From contig WJIZ01000044.1 of assembly GCA_014729995.1 (NCBI GenBank), forward strand, positions 14,330 through 78,329: DNA of 64,000 nucleotides, read 5' to 3'. The translations under genes were made by a program, and so were the position numbers. A model generated the notes under the pieces. It was not told where the DNA came from, searched no databases, and saw nothing but the letters and a program-made list of their open reading frames with translations. The first letter of the stretch is position 1. Every line of letters begins with the position of its first letter. This DNA is from Candidatus Woesearchaeota archaeon. GTDB lineage: Archaea > Nanobdellota > Nanobdellia > Woesearchaeales > WJIZ01. Shown piece after piece: positions 1 through 9,923 of the stretch.

Positions 1-1
1 C

Positions 2-271
2 AGGCATAGGAGAAGAAAGATGAAAAGAACTAATATAGAAATAGTGGTTGAAGAAGGAAAAACAGGTAAAAGAAAAGGGAGAAAAGGAAAAAAAGCTCTG
101 CCTGAAGCAACAGATAAAAAAATAAATGATAAGCAGGAAATAGCTGCTGAAAAAAAGCCAAAAGCTGAAAAAGAGAGCAAGGAAAAAGAAGAAGAAAAAG
201 ACGAAAAATCAGGGAAAGATGCACAAATGCCTGTAAAAGAAACAGAAAAGAAGGCAGGGGATAAGAAGTGA
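2..271 (+). CDS. rpl22: 50S ribosomal protein uL22, 3' part (5' end outside window) with Lys/Glu-rich tail
   Basis: Frame is open from nt 2 (RHRRRKMKRTNIEIVVEE), resembling the conserved C-terminal strand of uL22. It lies directly upstream of uS3, as in archaeal S10/spc clusters. The tail is low-complexity K/E. Confidence 0.6.
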   Translation, partial: RHRRRKMKRTNIEIVVEEGKTGKRKGRKGKKALPEATDKKINDKQEIAAEKKPKAEKESKEKEEEKDEKSGKDAQMPVKETEKKAGDKK

Positions 272-305
272 TATTCAACCTTAATTTTATAGAAAAGCAT
301 CAGGG

Positions 306-1028
306 GTGTTTTTGTTGATAGAGAGAAAATTCATGGCTTCAAATATGAGGGAGTATATGGTGGAGGAATTCATATCAGGCAGTCTGAAAGGTGCAGAGCA
401 CAGCCATACAAAGCTCCAGCGTACTCCGCTAGGAGAAAAGATTGTTATTTACTCATCAAAGCCCGGTTTGATTGTGGGAAGAAAGGGTCAGAATATCAAG
501 CAGCTCACCAGGATATTAAAGAAAAAATTCAATTTGGAAAATCCTCAGATAGAAATATCAGAAGTCCAAAATTTCTATCTGGACGCTAATATAGTGGCTG
601 AAAGGATTGTAAACTATCTTGAAAAATTTGGCACCTCTAAATTCAAAGGCATAGGGCATAAGACAATGTCTGAAGTAATGAATGCGGGCGCTATGGGGAT
701 AGAGATACTTATCTCAGGAAAAATTCCCAGTTCAAGGGCAAAAAATTGGCGGTTTTATCAGGGCTATCTCAAGAAATGCGGAGACATAGCGCTTACTGGG
801 GTAAAAACAGCCTATGCGACAGCCAAGCTTAAGACCGGCATAATAGGCGTTAAGGTAAAGATAATGCCTCCGGGCACAAAATTGCCTGATAACGTGGAAT
901 TGAAGGCAGAAAAAGAAGAAAAAATAGAAGAAGTAAAGGAAGGCCAAAAGTCGGCAGAAGCTGAAGAAACCGGCAAGCAGGAGAAAGAGTCAAAAGAAAA
1001 GGAAGAATCTGAAAACAGGGAAAAATAA
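306..1028 (+). CDS. rps3: 30S ribosomal protein uS3
   Basis: KH-domain signature LIVGRKGQNIKQLT and an archaeal uS3 N-terminus (IERKF...EEFI). GTG start at 306. K/E-rich C-terminal tail. Confidence 0.95.
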   Translation: MFLLIERKFMASNMREYMVEEFISGSLKGAEHSHTKLQRTPLGEKIVIYSSKPGLIVGRKGQNIKQLTRILKKKFNLENPQIEISEVQNFYLDANIVAERIVNYLEKFGTSKFKGIGHKTMSEVMNAGAMGIEILISGKIPSSRAKNWRFYQGYLKKCGDIALTGVKTAYATAKLKTGIIGVKVKIMPPGTKLPDNVELKAEKEEKIEEVKEGQKSAEAEETGKQEKESKEKEESENREK

Positions 1029-1035
1029 TCTGAAG

Positions 1036-1257
1036 ATGGTAAAGAAAAAAGAATTATGGAGCATGAATAGGGAAGAAATGGAGAAGCAGCTGGATAACCT
1101 AAAAATGGAGTTAATCAAGGCAAACTCACAGGTGGCTTCAGGCACTGCCCCAAAAAGCCCGGGCCAGATAAGACAGTCAAAAAAAACAATAGCAAGGATA
1201 CTGACCATATTAAAAAATAAAGAAAAAACTAAGGAGGAAAAGAAAAAGCATGAGTGA
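1036..1257 (+). CDS. rpl29: 50S ribosomal protein uL29
   Basis: 73 aa with the typical uL29 helical hairpin (EEMEKQLDNLKMELIK...QIRQSKKTIARILT). Position after uS3. Confidence 0.9.
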   Translation: MVKKKELWSMNREEMEKQLDNLKMELIKANSQVASGTAPKSPGQIRQSKKTIARILTILKNKEKTKEEKKKHE

Positions 1258-1558
1258 AATTTGTCCTAAATGCGGCTTGCCCAAAGAGCTTTGTGTTTGT
1301 GAAACAATAGCCAAAGAAAGCCAGGAAATAAAAATTTCCCTTGAAAAGAAGAAATTTGGGAAACCATATACAGTGATAGAAGGCATCGACGAAAAAGAGA
1401 TAGACATGGGCGATTTGACGAAAAAACTCAAGACAAAGCTCGCCTGCGGCGGCACGTCAAAAGACGGAAAGATCGAGCTGCAGGGAAACCATATCCAAAA
1501 AGTGAAAAAAATACTGTTGGATATCGGATTCAGCCCCGACACAATAGTTATCAGGTAA
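1250..1558 (+). CDS. sui1: Translation initiation factor aIF1 / SUI1
   Basis: CPKCGLPKELCVC zinc knuckle plus the SUI1 core (KPYTVIEGI...KLACGGTSKDGKIELQGNH). AAGGAGG Shine-Dalgarno upstream. 8-nt overlap with rpl29. Confidence 0.9.
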   Translation: MSEICPKCGLPKELCVCETIAKESQEIKISLEKKKFGKPYTVIEGIDEKEIDMGDLTKKLKTKLACGGTSKDGKIELQGNHIQKVKKILLDIGFSPDTIVIR

Positions 1559-1615
1559 TGCATTGGGATTCAGCAAGATTGTCAAAGAGATTCGCATATA
1601 GAGAGAGATGAGAAT

Positions 1616-2056
1616 ATGAAAGCAAAAAATATAGGATTTAAGGTAAACCCCCCTAAGAAAAGGTGCAGCGATACAAAATGTCCTTTTCATGGGAGCTTGA
1701 AAGTAAGGGGAAGAATATTCACCGGGACGATAATAGCCTCAAGGATGCATAAGACAGCAAATGTAGAATGGGCCAGGAAGATTAATCTTCCCAAATATGA
1801 AAGGTTTGCCAAAAAAAGGACCAGAATAAAGGCGCACAACCCCGACTGTATAAAAGCAGACCAGGGCGACATAGTCAGGATAATGGAATGCAGGCCGCTG
1901 AGCAAAACTGTAAATTTCGTCATCATCGAGAATCTAGGAAAGGAGAAAGGGTTTGCCCAAAGAATGGAATCTTTAGAAGAATCCAAGGCAGGCTTCAGGC
2001 CTGAAGAAGAGCAGGAAAGAAAGCCGGAAATAAAAGAAAATAAGGAGCAGGAATGA
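1616..2056 (+). CDS. rps17: 30S ribosomal protein uS17 with acidic/basic C-terminal extension
   Basis: CPFHGSLKVRGRIFTGTIIASRMHKT...VRIMECRPLSKTVNF is the uS17 OB fold. Followed by an E/K-rich tail. Confidence 0.9.
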   Translation: MKAKNIGFKVNPPKKRCSDTKCPFHGSLKVRGRIFTGTIIASRMHKTANVEWARKINLPKYERFAKKRTRIKAHNPDCIKADQGDIVRIMECRPLSKTVNFVIIENLGKEKGFAQRMESLEESKAGFRPEEEQERKPEIKENKEQE

Positions 2057-2454
2057 AATCAATACTCGCAAATATAACACAGGGATTAAACTTCGGTGCA
2101 GAAATCCCTACTTGTGACAATTCAGGGGCTAAAGTAATCAAGATATTCGGAAAAAAAGGCTCTAAAACAGTTAAAGGAAAAATGGGCTCTGCAGGTGTAG
2201 GTGATATGGTCCTTGCATCTGTCATAAAAGGCAGGCCAGACATGAGAAAGCAGACAGTATTGGCAATCATAGTAAGGCAAAAAAAAGAGTATAGGAGAAA
2301 AGACGGCACAAGGATAAAGTTTCAGGATAACGCAGCAGTGATTGTCAAAGACGAAAAAGGAAATCCAAAAGGTACAATACTAAAAGGAGCTATAGCCAAA
2401 GAAGCCGCTGCGCGCTGGGGCAATCTCGCAAAAATCGCAAAAATCGTGGTATAA
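2053..2454 (+). CDS. rpl14: 50S ribosomal protein uL14
   Basis: CDNSGAK motif and conserved uL14 length. ATGA overlap with rps17. Confidence 0.95.
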   Translation: MKSILANITQGLNFGAEIPTCDNSGAKVIKIFGKKGSKTVKGKMGSAGVGDMVLASVIKGRPDMRKQTVLAIIVRQKKEYRRKDGTRIKFQDNAAVIVKDEKGNPKGTILKGAIAKEAAARWGNLAKIAKIVV

Positions 2455-2456
2455 AA

Positions 2457-2843
2457 ATGAAAAGCTGGTCAAATTACTGGAAGTCAAGCAGGAATCCGGG
2501 AAAACAAAGAAAATACAGACTCAACGCTCCGTTGCACATAAAAAGAAAAATGTGCTCATCCCATATCTCCAGGGAACTGAAGCAGAAATACAGCACCAGA
2601 AGTATGCCTGTGATTTTAGGTGATAAAGTAAAGGTTGTAAGGGGGCAGTTCAAGAACCGAACCGGCAAAGTTGAGAAAATAGACCTGAAAAAAAACAGGA
2701 TTATAGTATCAGGCATCGAAATAGAAAAAAAAGACGGCTCAAAAACAAAATATCCTATAAATAGCTCAAACCTTGTAATAACTGAATTGAATTTAGAAGA
2801 TAAAAAAAGAAATGCTATACTTGAAAGAAAGAAAAAAAAGTGA
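2457..2843 (+). CDS. rpl24: 50S ribosomal protein uL24
   Basis: KOW motif GDKVKVVRGQFKNRTGKVEKID. Position after uL14. Confidence 0.9.
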   Translation: MKSWSNYWKSSRNPGKQRKYRLNAPLHIKRKMCSSHISRELKQKYSTRSMPVILGDKVKVVRGQFKNRTGKVEKIDLKKNRIIVSGIEIEKKDGSKTKYPINSSNLVITELNLEDKKRNAILERKKKK

Positions 2844-2847
2844 TAAT

Positions 2848-3534
2848 ATGGTAAAAAATCATTTGAAGACAATTACGGCCCCGAAAACTTGGCCTGTAAA
2901 AAGGAAAGGGACAAAATTCCTGCTTAGGCCGAATTGCGGCCCGCATAGGATGAAGGATGCTGTTTCATTAAACTTTTTATTAATCAACATGCTGGAAATA
3001 ACCAAGACAAAAAAAGAAAGCAAGTATCTTCTCCATAAAAAACAGGTTGAAATAAACGGAAAAAGGCGGAAGGATATAGCTTTTCCTGTAGGCATCTTTG
3101 ACGTATTGCATATAAGGGACATTGATAAGAGCTTCAGGATAAAAATAGACAGCAGGGGAAAGCTGGGGGCAGACGAGATAGATAAGAAAGAAGCAGGGCT
3201 GAAGCCGTATAAGATAGCAGGCAAGTCTCTGTCAGGAAAGAAAATCCAGCTGAATTTCTTGGACGGCTCTAATATGCTGGTTGATAAGGATAACTACAAA
3301 GTGGGAGACTCCTTAGTGATTGCATTCAAAGATAGCAGCATAAAGGAGCATATAGCTCTTAAAAAGGGAAATCTGATATTTTTAACAGCAGGAAGGCATC
3401 GCGGAAGCACAGGAAAAATAGAAGATATCATAGGCAAAAAGATTATTTACAGGATTAATAAAGAAATACATGAGACTTCAAAAGATTATGCTTTTGCTAT
3501 AGGAAAAGATAAGCCTGTGATTAAGATTGATTGA
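2848..3534 (+). CDS. rps4e: 30S ribosomal protein eS4
   Basis: MVKNHLKTITAPKTWPVKRKG is the eS4 N-terminus. The ATG at 2848 is preferred over the longer ORF-track start at 2812. Confidence 0.9.
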   Translation: MVKNHLKTITAPKTWPVKRKGTKFLLRPNCGPHRMKDAVSLNFLLINMLEITKTKKESKYLLHKKQVEINGKRRKDIAFPVGIFDVLHIRDIDKSFRIKIDSRGKLGADEIDKKEAGLKPYKIAGKSLSGKKIQLNFLDGSNMLVDKDNYKVGDSLVIAFKDSSIKEHIALKKGNLIFLTAGRHRGSTGKIEDIIGKKIIYRINKEIHETSKDYAFAIGKDKPVIKID

Positions 3535-3539
3535 GTAAA

Positions 3540-4055
3540 ATGAACCCAATGAAAAAAATAAAGATAGAAAAGATAACATTGAACATCGGTGGAGGTAAAG
3601 ATCAGAATAAGCTGGAAAAGGGAATCCGCTTATTGAAGAACATTACAGGTATAGAGCCCGTAAAAACAGTCACTCAAAAAAGGATAGCTGCATGGGGCTT
3701 GAGACCCGGCCTGCCCATAGGGTGTAAGCTCACCTTAAGAAAAAGCGCCGCTCTTGAATTGTTGAAAAAGCTTCTCGAGGCAAAAGACTTCGCATTGAAA
3801 GAGGCCCAATTTGATAATTCAGGAAATATTGCATTTGGCATACATGAATACATAGACATACCCGGCATAAAGTACGATCCCAAGATAGGGATAATGGGGC
3901 TACAGGTATGCGTCACTCTCGAAAGGCCCGGTTTCAGGGTAAAAAGGAGGGCCTACAGAAGGGCAAAAATATCTAAAAAGCATTCCATAAGCAGGCGGGA
4001 GGCAGTGGAATTCATGAAAAATAACTTTAAGGTAAAAATTGGTGAACCAGCATGA
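3540..4055 (+). CDS. rpl5: 50S ribosomal protein uL5
   Basis: [19 protein letters not shown] is a typical archaeal uL5 N-terminus. The TTG at 3531 is an alternative start. Confidence 0.95.
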   Translation: MNPMKKIKIEKITLNIGGGKDQNKLEKGIRLLKNITGIEPVKTVTQKRIAAWGLRPGLPIGCKLTLRKSAALELLKKLLEAKDFALKEAQFDNSGNIAFGIHEYIDIPGIKYDPKIGIMGLQVCVTLERPGFRVKRRAYRRAKISKKHSISRREAVEFMKNNFKVKIGEPA

Positions 4056-4282
4056 GCTATAGTAATTATAAAAAAGTTTTCAAGCAGTTAAGGTCCAAGC
4101 CTGTCAAATTAAAGAAATATATAAAGCACAATGCTCCCCTAGAAAGGTCTTGCGGAAGGGCTTTGAAAAAATGCCAGAGATGCGGCAGGATAAGGGGCCA
4201 CATAGATAAGTACGGTCTCAACTTATGCAGGCAATGTTTCAGGGAAATCGCATCAAAAATAGGGTTTAAGAAGTTTTCATAG
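4052..4282 (+). CDS. rps14: 30S ribosomal protein uS14 (zinc-binding type)
   Basis: [25 protein letters not shown] gives a CxxC...CxxC zinc-ribbon. ATGA overlap with rpl5. Confidence 0.9.
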   Translation: MSYSNYKKVFKQLRSKPVKLKKYIKHNAPLERSCGRALKKCQRCGRIRGHIDKYGLNLCRQCFREIASKIGFKKFS

Positions 4283-4290
4283 GTGAAAAA

Positions 4291-4683
4291 ATGGTCATGA
4301 ATGATATACTCGCAAGCGCATTAACTAAAATAAAGCAGTATGAAAAATTAGGCAGGTCGGTTTGTATCATCAGTCCGGTATCTGGTTTGGTTGCTGGTAT
4401 ACTTGGCATCCTAAAAAAATTCGGCTACATAGAAGGATATGAAAAAGTGAAAGAAGGCAATAAGCTGTCTTTCCATGTGAAGCTGAACGGAAATATCAAC
4501 AAATGCGGTGTTATAAAGCCAAGGTATTCAATTAAAAAAGATGATTTCGAAAGGTTTGAGAAAAGATATTTGCCGTCTAAGGATATGGGAATAATGGTAG
4601 TAACCACTGTAAATGGCATAATGGAGCACAACGCAGCCAAGAAAAAGCAGTTAGGAGGAAGGCTTATTGCTTACTGTTATTGA
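4291..4683 (+). CDS. rps8: 30S ribosomal protein uS8
   Basis: N-terminal DILASALTKIKQYE and a 130-aa length. AGGTGA SD upstream. Correct operon position. Confidence 0.9.
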   Translation: MVMNDILASALTKIKQYEKLGRSVCIISPVSGLVAGILGILKKFGYIEGYEKVKEGNKLSFHVKLNGNINKCGVIKPRYSIKKDDFERFEKRYLPSKDMGIMVVTTVNGIMEHNAAKKKQLGGRLIAYCY

Positions 4684-4685
4684 AA

Positions 4686-5249
4686 ATGAAAAAGAAAGAG
4701 AAAGGGCTTCAGGGATTTAAGACAGAAATAGGCATACCAGAAAAAGTAGGGGCAAGGCTCGATAATAATAATATTATTTTCAAAGGAGGCAAAGGTGAAA
4801 ATTCGCTTGATTTGTCAAATCCCGGATTTAATGTTGTAATAAGGGATAAAAAGATAATGCTTCATTCACTCAAAAACAGCAAAAGAGAGAAAAAAATCAT
4901 CAACACCTATGTCGCGCACATAAAAAATTGTATAAAAGGTGTCAGAGAAGGCCATAGGTACGAGCTAAAAATATGCTCAAGCCACTTCCCTATGAATGTT
5001 TCGGTAAACAATGGCCAGCTGATAATAAAAAATTTTATAGGCGAGAAATTTCCCAGGACACTCAGCATAAAAGAGGGAGTCAGCATAAAAGTGGACGGCG
5101 ACAAAATAACTTTGGAAAGTGTGGACAAATCCCTTGCTGGCACGGCGGCATCAGATATAGAGAAGCTGACCAAAAGGCCAAATTTTGATACAAGGATATT
5201 TCAGGACGGGATATATATAACAAACAAGGACGGGAAAAAAATAAAATGA
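4686..5249 (+). CDS. rpl6: 50S ribosomal protein uL6
   Basis: Two-domain uL6 pattern (IPEKVGARLDNNNIIFKGGKGE...). Operon position. ATG at 4686 (TTG at 4680 also possible). Confidence 0.9.
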   Translation: MKKKEKGLQGFKTEIGIPEKVGARLDNNNIIFKGGKGENSLDLSNPGFNVVIRDKKIMLHSLKNSKREKKIINTYVAHIKNCIKGVREGHRYELKICSSHFPMNVSVNNGQLIIKNFIGEKFPRTLSIKEGVSIKVDGDKITLESVDKSLAGTAASDIEKLTKRPNFDTRIFQDGIYITNKDGKKIK

Positions 5250-5812
5250 GTCTTTTAAGCAAAAGAAAAGAGATAAAGAAAAAAAAGCCTGATTTCATTA
5301 TGCAGGATGCCCACAAAAAAGCCAGGCTGAAGAAAAAATGGAGAAAACCCCGCGGAATAGACTCAAAAATAAGGCTTAACCTGAAAGGCTACAGAAAAAG
5401 CGTAGAGCCCGGTTACGGCTCCCCGAAAGAGGTCAGGCATCTTCATAACAGCGGGCTTGAGCCATTAATTGTATATGGCATGGGCGATATCAAAAATATA
5501 GATAAGGAAAAGCAGGGTATAGTCCTAAGCAAAAAGCTGGGAAACAAAAAAAGAATAGAGATGGTCAAGAAAGCAAAGGAGCTGTCAATAAGGGTATTGA
5601 ATATAAAAGACAGCGATGCATATATTAAAAAAGTGGAAAATGCGATTAAGGCGAAAAAAACTAAGAGAGAGCAGAAGAAGAAAAAGGCAGAAGGAAAGGG
5701 GAAGAAGAGTAAGAAGGAAAAAGGCCTTTCAGAAAAGGTAAAAAACGAAGAAGAAAAAGCTGGGGCAGAGAAGAGGGAGAAAGATAAGTTATTAACTAAA
5801 AAGGATATTTGA
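5246..5812 (+). CDS. rpl32e: 50S ribosomal protein eL32 with long Lys-rich C-terminal extension
   Basis: KKWRKPRGIDSKIRLNLKGY is the eL32 core. About 50 aa of K/E low-complexity tail follows. Confidence 0.9.
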   Translation: MSLLSKRKEIKKKKPDFIMQDAHKKARLKKKWRKPRGIDSKIRLNLKGYRKSVEPGYGSPKEVRHLHNSGLEPLIVYGMGDIKNIDKEKQGIVLSKKLGNKKRIEMVKKAKELSIRVLNIKDSDAYIKKVENAIKAKKTKREQKKKKAEGKGKKSKKEKGLSEKVKNEEEKAGAEKREKDKLLTKKDI

Positions 5813-5817
5813 TAAAA

Positions 5818-6267
5818 ATGGAATTAAAAGTTCAGAAAAGGCTTGCTGCAAAGTTGCTTAAATGCTCACCCAAAAAGATATGGATAGATTCAGCCAGGTT
5901 AGAGGAGATAAAGGAGTCTATAACTAAAAAGGATATACACAAGCTCATAAAAGATAAGGCCATAAAAAAGAAGCGGCTTTCTGAACATTCAAGGGCAGGC
6001 GCAAGGAAAGTAATGCAGCAGAAAAGAAAGGGAAAAAGAAAGGGGCCTGGCAGCAGAAAAGGGAAAAAGAACAGCACGATATCAAAGAAAGGCAGATGGA
6101 CATTAAAGATTAGGGCGCAAAGAAAATTGCTTAAAGAGCTTGTAAAAGGAAGCAGGATAGACAGCGAAACCTACAACTTACTATATATTAAATCTAAGGG
6201 GGGTTTTTTCAGGAGCAGGAGGCATATAATGCTTTATCTTGACGAGCATAATTTGATTAAAAAATGA
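5818..6267 (+). CDS. rpl19e: 50S ribosomal protein eL19
   Basis: MELKVQKRLAAKLLKCSPKKIWID is the eL19 N-terminus. Confidence 0.9.
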   Translation: MELKVQKRLAAKLLKCSPKKIWIDSARLEEIKESITKKDIHKLIKDKAIKKKRLSEHSRAGARKVMQQKRKGKRKGPGSRKGKKNSTISKKGRWTLKIRAQRKLLKELVKGSRIDSETYNLLYIKSKGGFFRSRRHIMLYLDEHNLIKK

Positions 6268-6845
6268 AATCAAATAAAACCCATACCATACAAAACAGGA
6301 GGAAAAGGGAAGGCAAAACTAATTATAGGAAGCGGCTAAAGCTGCTACTATCCAAAAGGCCTCGTTTGGTTATAAGAAAATCATTGAGAAGGATAACCGC
6401 CCAGGTAATAAAATACAATGAAAAGGGTGATAAAGTCATTATAACAGCTACAAGCGATAAGCTTAAGGATTTTGGGTGGGAATACAACTATGCAAATCTT
6501 CCCAGCGCTTATCTTCTTGGAATCCTGGTTGGAAAGAAAGCACAGGAAGCAGGAATAAAAGAGGCTATAGCAGATATAGGATTAAGCAGCCCTGTTCCCG
6601 GCTCAAAAATGTATGCTGTTATAAAAGGCAGCGTTGATGCTGGCCTGAACATACCTTATTCAGAATCAGTATTGCCCAAGGAAGACAGGCTTAAAGGAAA
6701 ACATATAGAGCAATATGCAAGTAAGCTCAGCGAAAATCCTGATAGCCTGAACAAGAGATTCAGCAGCTATATCAAAAAAAATTCAGACCCGCACAAGATA
6801 AGCGAAAAATTGCAGGAAATTAAGAAGATGATTATTGGTGCATAA
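6264..6845 (+). CDS. rpl18: 50S ribosomal protein uL18
   Basis: RRKREGKTNYRKRLKLL...RLVIRKSLRRITAQVI is the uL18 N-terminal signature. Confidence 0.9.
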   Translation: MKSNKTHTIQNRRKREGKTNYRKRLKLLLSKRPRLVIRKSLRRITAQVIKYNEKGDKVIITATSDKLKDFGWEYNYANLPSAYLLGILVGKKAQEAGIKEAIADIGLSSPVPGSKMYAVIKGSVDAGLNIPYSESVLPKEDRLKGKHIEQYASKLSENPDSLNKRFSSYIKKNSDPHKISEKLQEIKKMIIGA

Positions 6846-6846
6846 A

Positions 6847-7632
6847 ATGTCAGAAAAAAAATCTACAGCAAAGAGGGAGACAGAGCCCGCAGAACTGGAG
6901 AGTTGGCAGCCTAAAACAAGCCTTGGAAAAAAAGTCAAAGCAGGAAAAATAAAAAACATAGATGAAATACTTGATAATGGTGACAGGATTCTTGAGCCGG
7001 AGATAGTAGATACACTTCTTCCCGGGCTTGAGTCTGAATTGCTTCTTATTGGCCAGTCGAAAGGTAAGTTTGGCGGTGGTCAAAGGCGTGTGTTCAAGCA
7101 GACGCAAAAAAAGACCTGTGAAGGAAACAGGCCGCAGTTCGCTACATTGGCTGTGGTGGGAAACAAAAACGGCTACATAGGAATCAGCTACGGAAAAAGC
7201 CGTGAGACAGTGCCTGCCAGAGAAAAGGCCATAAGGAAAGCCAAGCTTAATATAATAAAAATCAGGCGTGGATGCGGGCACTGGCAATGCAGCTGCGGAG
7301 AGCCCCATACTATTCCTTACACAGCGAAAGGAAAAGCAGGATCAATAAGAGTCCGGCTTATACCCGCGCCCAGGGGAACCGGCTTATGTGCACATAAAGA
7401 GATACAGAAGATACTCGCATTTGCAGGGATAAAGGATGTGTGGTCAAAGACACTGGGTAAAAAAAATACTACAACTAATCTTATCAGAGCTGCAGAGCTT
7501 GCTTTAAGGAATATTATGAAGATAAAATATAACAACGCTATGAAAATAGTTGAGGGGGCTTTTGAGAGGGATATCAAAAAAGAGTTTGAAGAAGCCAAGG
7601 AAGAAACAGAAAAAGTTAAAGAGGAAGCATGA
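6847..7632 (+). CDS. rps5: 30S ribosomal protein uS5
   Basis: GQRRVFKQTQKKT...VVGNKNGYIGISYGKSRE is the dsRBD and S5 core. ATG at 6847. Confidence 0.95.
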   Translation: MSEKKSTAKRETEPAELESWQPKTSLGKKVKAGKIKNIDEILDNGDRILEPEIVDTLLPGLESELLLIGQSKGKFGGGQRRVFKQTQKKTCEGNRPQFATLAVVGNKNGYIGISYGKSRETVPAREKAIRKAKLNIIKIRRGCGHWQCSCGEPHTIPYTAKGKAGSIRVRLIPAPRGTGLCAHKEIQKILAFAGIKDVWSKTLGKKNTTTNLIRAAELALRNIMKIKYNNAMKIVEGAFERDIKKEFEEAKEETEKVKEEA

Positions 7633-8063
7633 TGACAAAAATCGCTGTTGTAAGGGTCAGGGGAAATATAAAGCTGAAGCATGAAATTAAGTCTGCTCTT
7701 AATATGCTTAGGCTGTATAATAAGAATTACTGTGCTGTACTGGAAAAAACACCCTTGAATCTGGGCATGATAAGGAAGGTAAATAATTTTGTCACATACG
7801 GGGAGATAGAAGACTCATTTTTCAACGAGATTATAGAAAAAAAAGGGGAAGAATACAAAGGAAGGGAAAAAGATGTTAAGGGGAAAATCAGCTATGGGAG
7901 AAGATATTTGGTTCACAATAATAAAAAATATAAGAAATATTTCAGGCTATCTCCTCCAAGAAAAGGATATGGGAGAAAGGGAACAAAGCAGCACTTCACA
8001 AGAGGGGGAGCACTGGGTTATAGGGGAAAAAAGATACACCAACTTATAAAAAGGATGCTTTAA
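7629..8063 (+). CDS. rpl30: 50S ribosomal protein uL30
   Basis: IAVVRVRGNIKLKHEIKSALNMLRL is the uL30 N-terminus. ATGA overlap with rps5. Confidence 0.85.
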   Translation: MMTKIAVVRVRGNIKLKHEIKSALNMLRLYNKNYCAVLEKTPLNLGMIRKVNNFVTYGEIEDSFFNEIIEKKGEEYKGREKDVKGKISYGRRYLVHNNKKYKKYFRLSPPRKGYGRKGTKQHFTRGGALGYRGKKIHQLIKRML

Positions 8064-8064
8064 G

Positions 8065-8496
8065 ATGACATTCAAAAAAAGAAAGAAGAATACTAGGCAG
8101 CGCGGGTCAATGAGCCATGGGTGGGGCTCGAAGAAAAAGCACCGCGGTAAAGGCAACAAAGGAGGTGCAGGGAAGGCAGGCACAGGTAAAAGGGGAGATG
8201 CCAAAAAGCCCTCCATATGGAAGTTAAGGTATTTTGGAAAGCGAGGTTTTAAAAAGAAAACTGCCCGCAAAAAAATTAAGCCTATAAATATCATGCAGCT
8301 GGAATACATGCTTCATAAGTTCAGGAAAGAAGGGGAACATTATATAATCGATATTAATTCAATGGGCTATAATAAGCTGCTCGGATCGGGAAATGCCAGA
8401 CATAAAATGAAAATAAATGTTGATTTTGCAACTAAGAAAGCGGTCGAAAAAATAAAGAAGGTTGGCGGTGAAGTTAAGCTTAAAAAAGAGGAATAA
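8065..8496 (+). CDS. rpl15: 50S ribosomal protein uL15
   Basis: Glycine/basic N-terminus (RGSMSHGWGSKKKHRGKGNKGGAGKAGTGKR). Position before secY. Confidence 0.9.
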   Translation: MTFKKRKKNTRQRGSMSHGWGSKKKHRGKGNKGGAGKAGTGKRGDAKKPSIWKLRYFGKRGFKKKTARKKIKPINIMQLEYMLHKFRKEGEHYIIDINSMGYNKLLGSGNARHKMKINVDFATKKAVEKIKKVGGEVKLKKEE

Positions 8497-8497
8497 A

Positions 8498-9922
8498 ATG
8501 TCTTTCTTAAAAGCAATAGTGTTTAATTTGCCCGAAGTTGCGGGGCCCACACAAAAAAAGCTTTCTTTCAGGGAAAAACTAAAATGGACTCTGATTATAT
8601 TGATAATATATTTTGTTCTCGGCCTGCTTCCGCTGTTCGGGTTAGGAGAGAATGCCTTGCAGAGGTTTGATTACCTTTCTATAATATTGGGAGCTAGTTT
8701 TGGTTCTATCATCTCATTAGGCATAGGGCCCATAGTTACAGCCTCTATTGTCCTGCAGTTATTGAACGGCTCAGGCATAGTCAAGTTTGACCTAAGCAGC
8801 CCCGATGGCAAGAAGTTATTCCAGGGGGTCCAAAAACTGCTGGCCATCTTTTTCATCATATTCGAGGCAGCAATCTATGTCTTCATGGGCGGCTTAGCGC
8901 CTGCAACGCAGTTCCAGGGCACGCCGGTTTATTTTCAATTGCAGCTTCTGCTGGTATTTCAGCTTATGCTGGGAGGAATAATGATATTATTCATGGACGA
9001 AGTTGTTTCAAAATGGGGATTTGGCTCAGGTATCTCCCTGTTTATAGCCGCAGGAGTTTCCCAGTCAATCTTCATCCAGGCATTCAATTGGCTGAAACCC
9101 ACTGCTGGAGGAGTAGCAACATCACAATATTCCATCGGGGCAATACCTGCATTATTTCAGGCCTTGGCAGCCGGAGATCCTACAACAGCGGGAATCAAGC
9201 TTGCTGCGCTTCTTTCGACAATCATAGTATTTATGCTGGTAGTATATATACAGGCAATGAAAGTTGAGATACCCCTCTCTTTCGGAAGAATAAGGGGGCA
9301 TGGAATAAGGTGGCCTCTGAGCTTCATCTACACTTCTAACATCCCTGTAATCCTGGTGGCTGCCTTGCTGGCAAACCTGCAGCTTTGGGGAAGATTGCTG
9401 CATAACTGGCTCGGCCCGAATCTCTTCGCAAGGTTCACTGAAGACGGCAGGCTGCTTGGCGGCTTTGTCTACTGGGTGCAGGCGCCAAACCCAAGCATCA
9501 TCGAATCCATAATAAGGCAGAAAACAGCGATAATAGGCTCAGATCCCTATCTGCAGGCATTAATCTATACCTCATTTATGATTATAGGAGCAGTTATATT
9601 TTCTGTTTTTTGGGTGCAGACATCCGGAATGGATGCCAAAAGCCAGGCTGACCAGATGATGTCTTCGGGACTGCAGATTCCTGGCTTTAGGAGAGACCCA
9701 AGAGTCCTCCAGAGCATACTTAACAGGTATATATGGCCCCTTACAATAATGGGCGGCGCAACTGTAGGCTTTTTGGCTGCTTTTGCAGACCTCACAGGAG
9801 CACTCTCAAGGGGAACAGGAATCCTTCTATCAGTTATGATAATCTACAGGCTTTACGAAGAGATTGCAAAACAGCATATGATGGATATGAATCCTATGAT
9901 GCGCAAGTTTATGGGTGGATAA
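8498..9922 (+). CDS. secY: Preprotein translocase subunit SecY
   Basis: Ten predicted TM segments with conserved SecY stretches (GIGPIVTASIVLQLL, YTSNIPVILV). ATG at 8498 is preferred over the track start at 8462. Confidence 0.95.
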   Translation: MSFLKAIVFNLPEVAGPTQKKLSFREKLKWTLIILIIYFVLGLLPLFGLGENALQRFDYLSIILGASFGSIISLGIGPIVTASIVLQLLNGSGIVKFDLSSPDGKKLFQGVQKLLAIFFIIFEAAIYVFMGGLAPATQFQGTPVYFQLQLLLVFQLMLGGIMILFMDEVVSKWGFGSGISLFIAAGVSQSIFIQAFNWLKPTAGGVATSQYSIGAIPALFQALAAGDPTTAGIKLAALLSTIIVFMLVVYIQAMKVEIPLSFGRIRGHGIRWPLSFIYTSNIPVILVAALLANLQLWGRLLHNWLGPNLFARFTEDGRLLGGFVYWVQAPNPSIIESIIRQKTAIIGSDPYLQALIYTSFMIIGAVIFSVFWVQTSGMDAKSQADQMMSSGLQIPGFRRDPRVLQSILNRYIWPLTIMGGATVGFLAAFADLTGALSRGTGILLSVMIIYRLYEEIAKQHMMDMNPMMRKFMGG

Positions 9923-9923
9923 G

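Noticed and set aside
6850-7308. 152-aa ORF on the - strand
   Set aside because: Antisense to uS5 within the ribosomal operon, and no motif.
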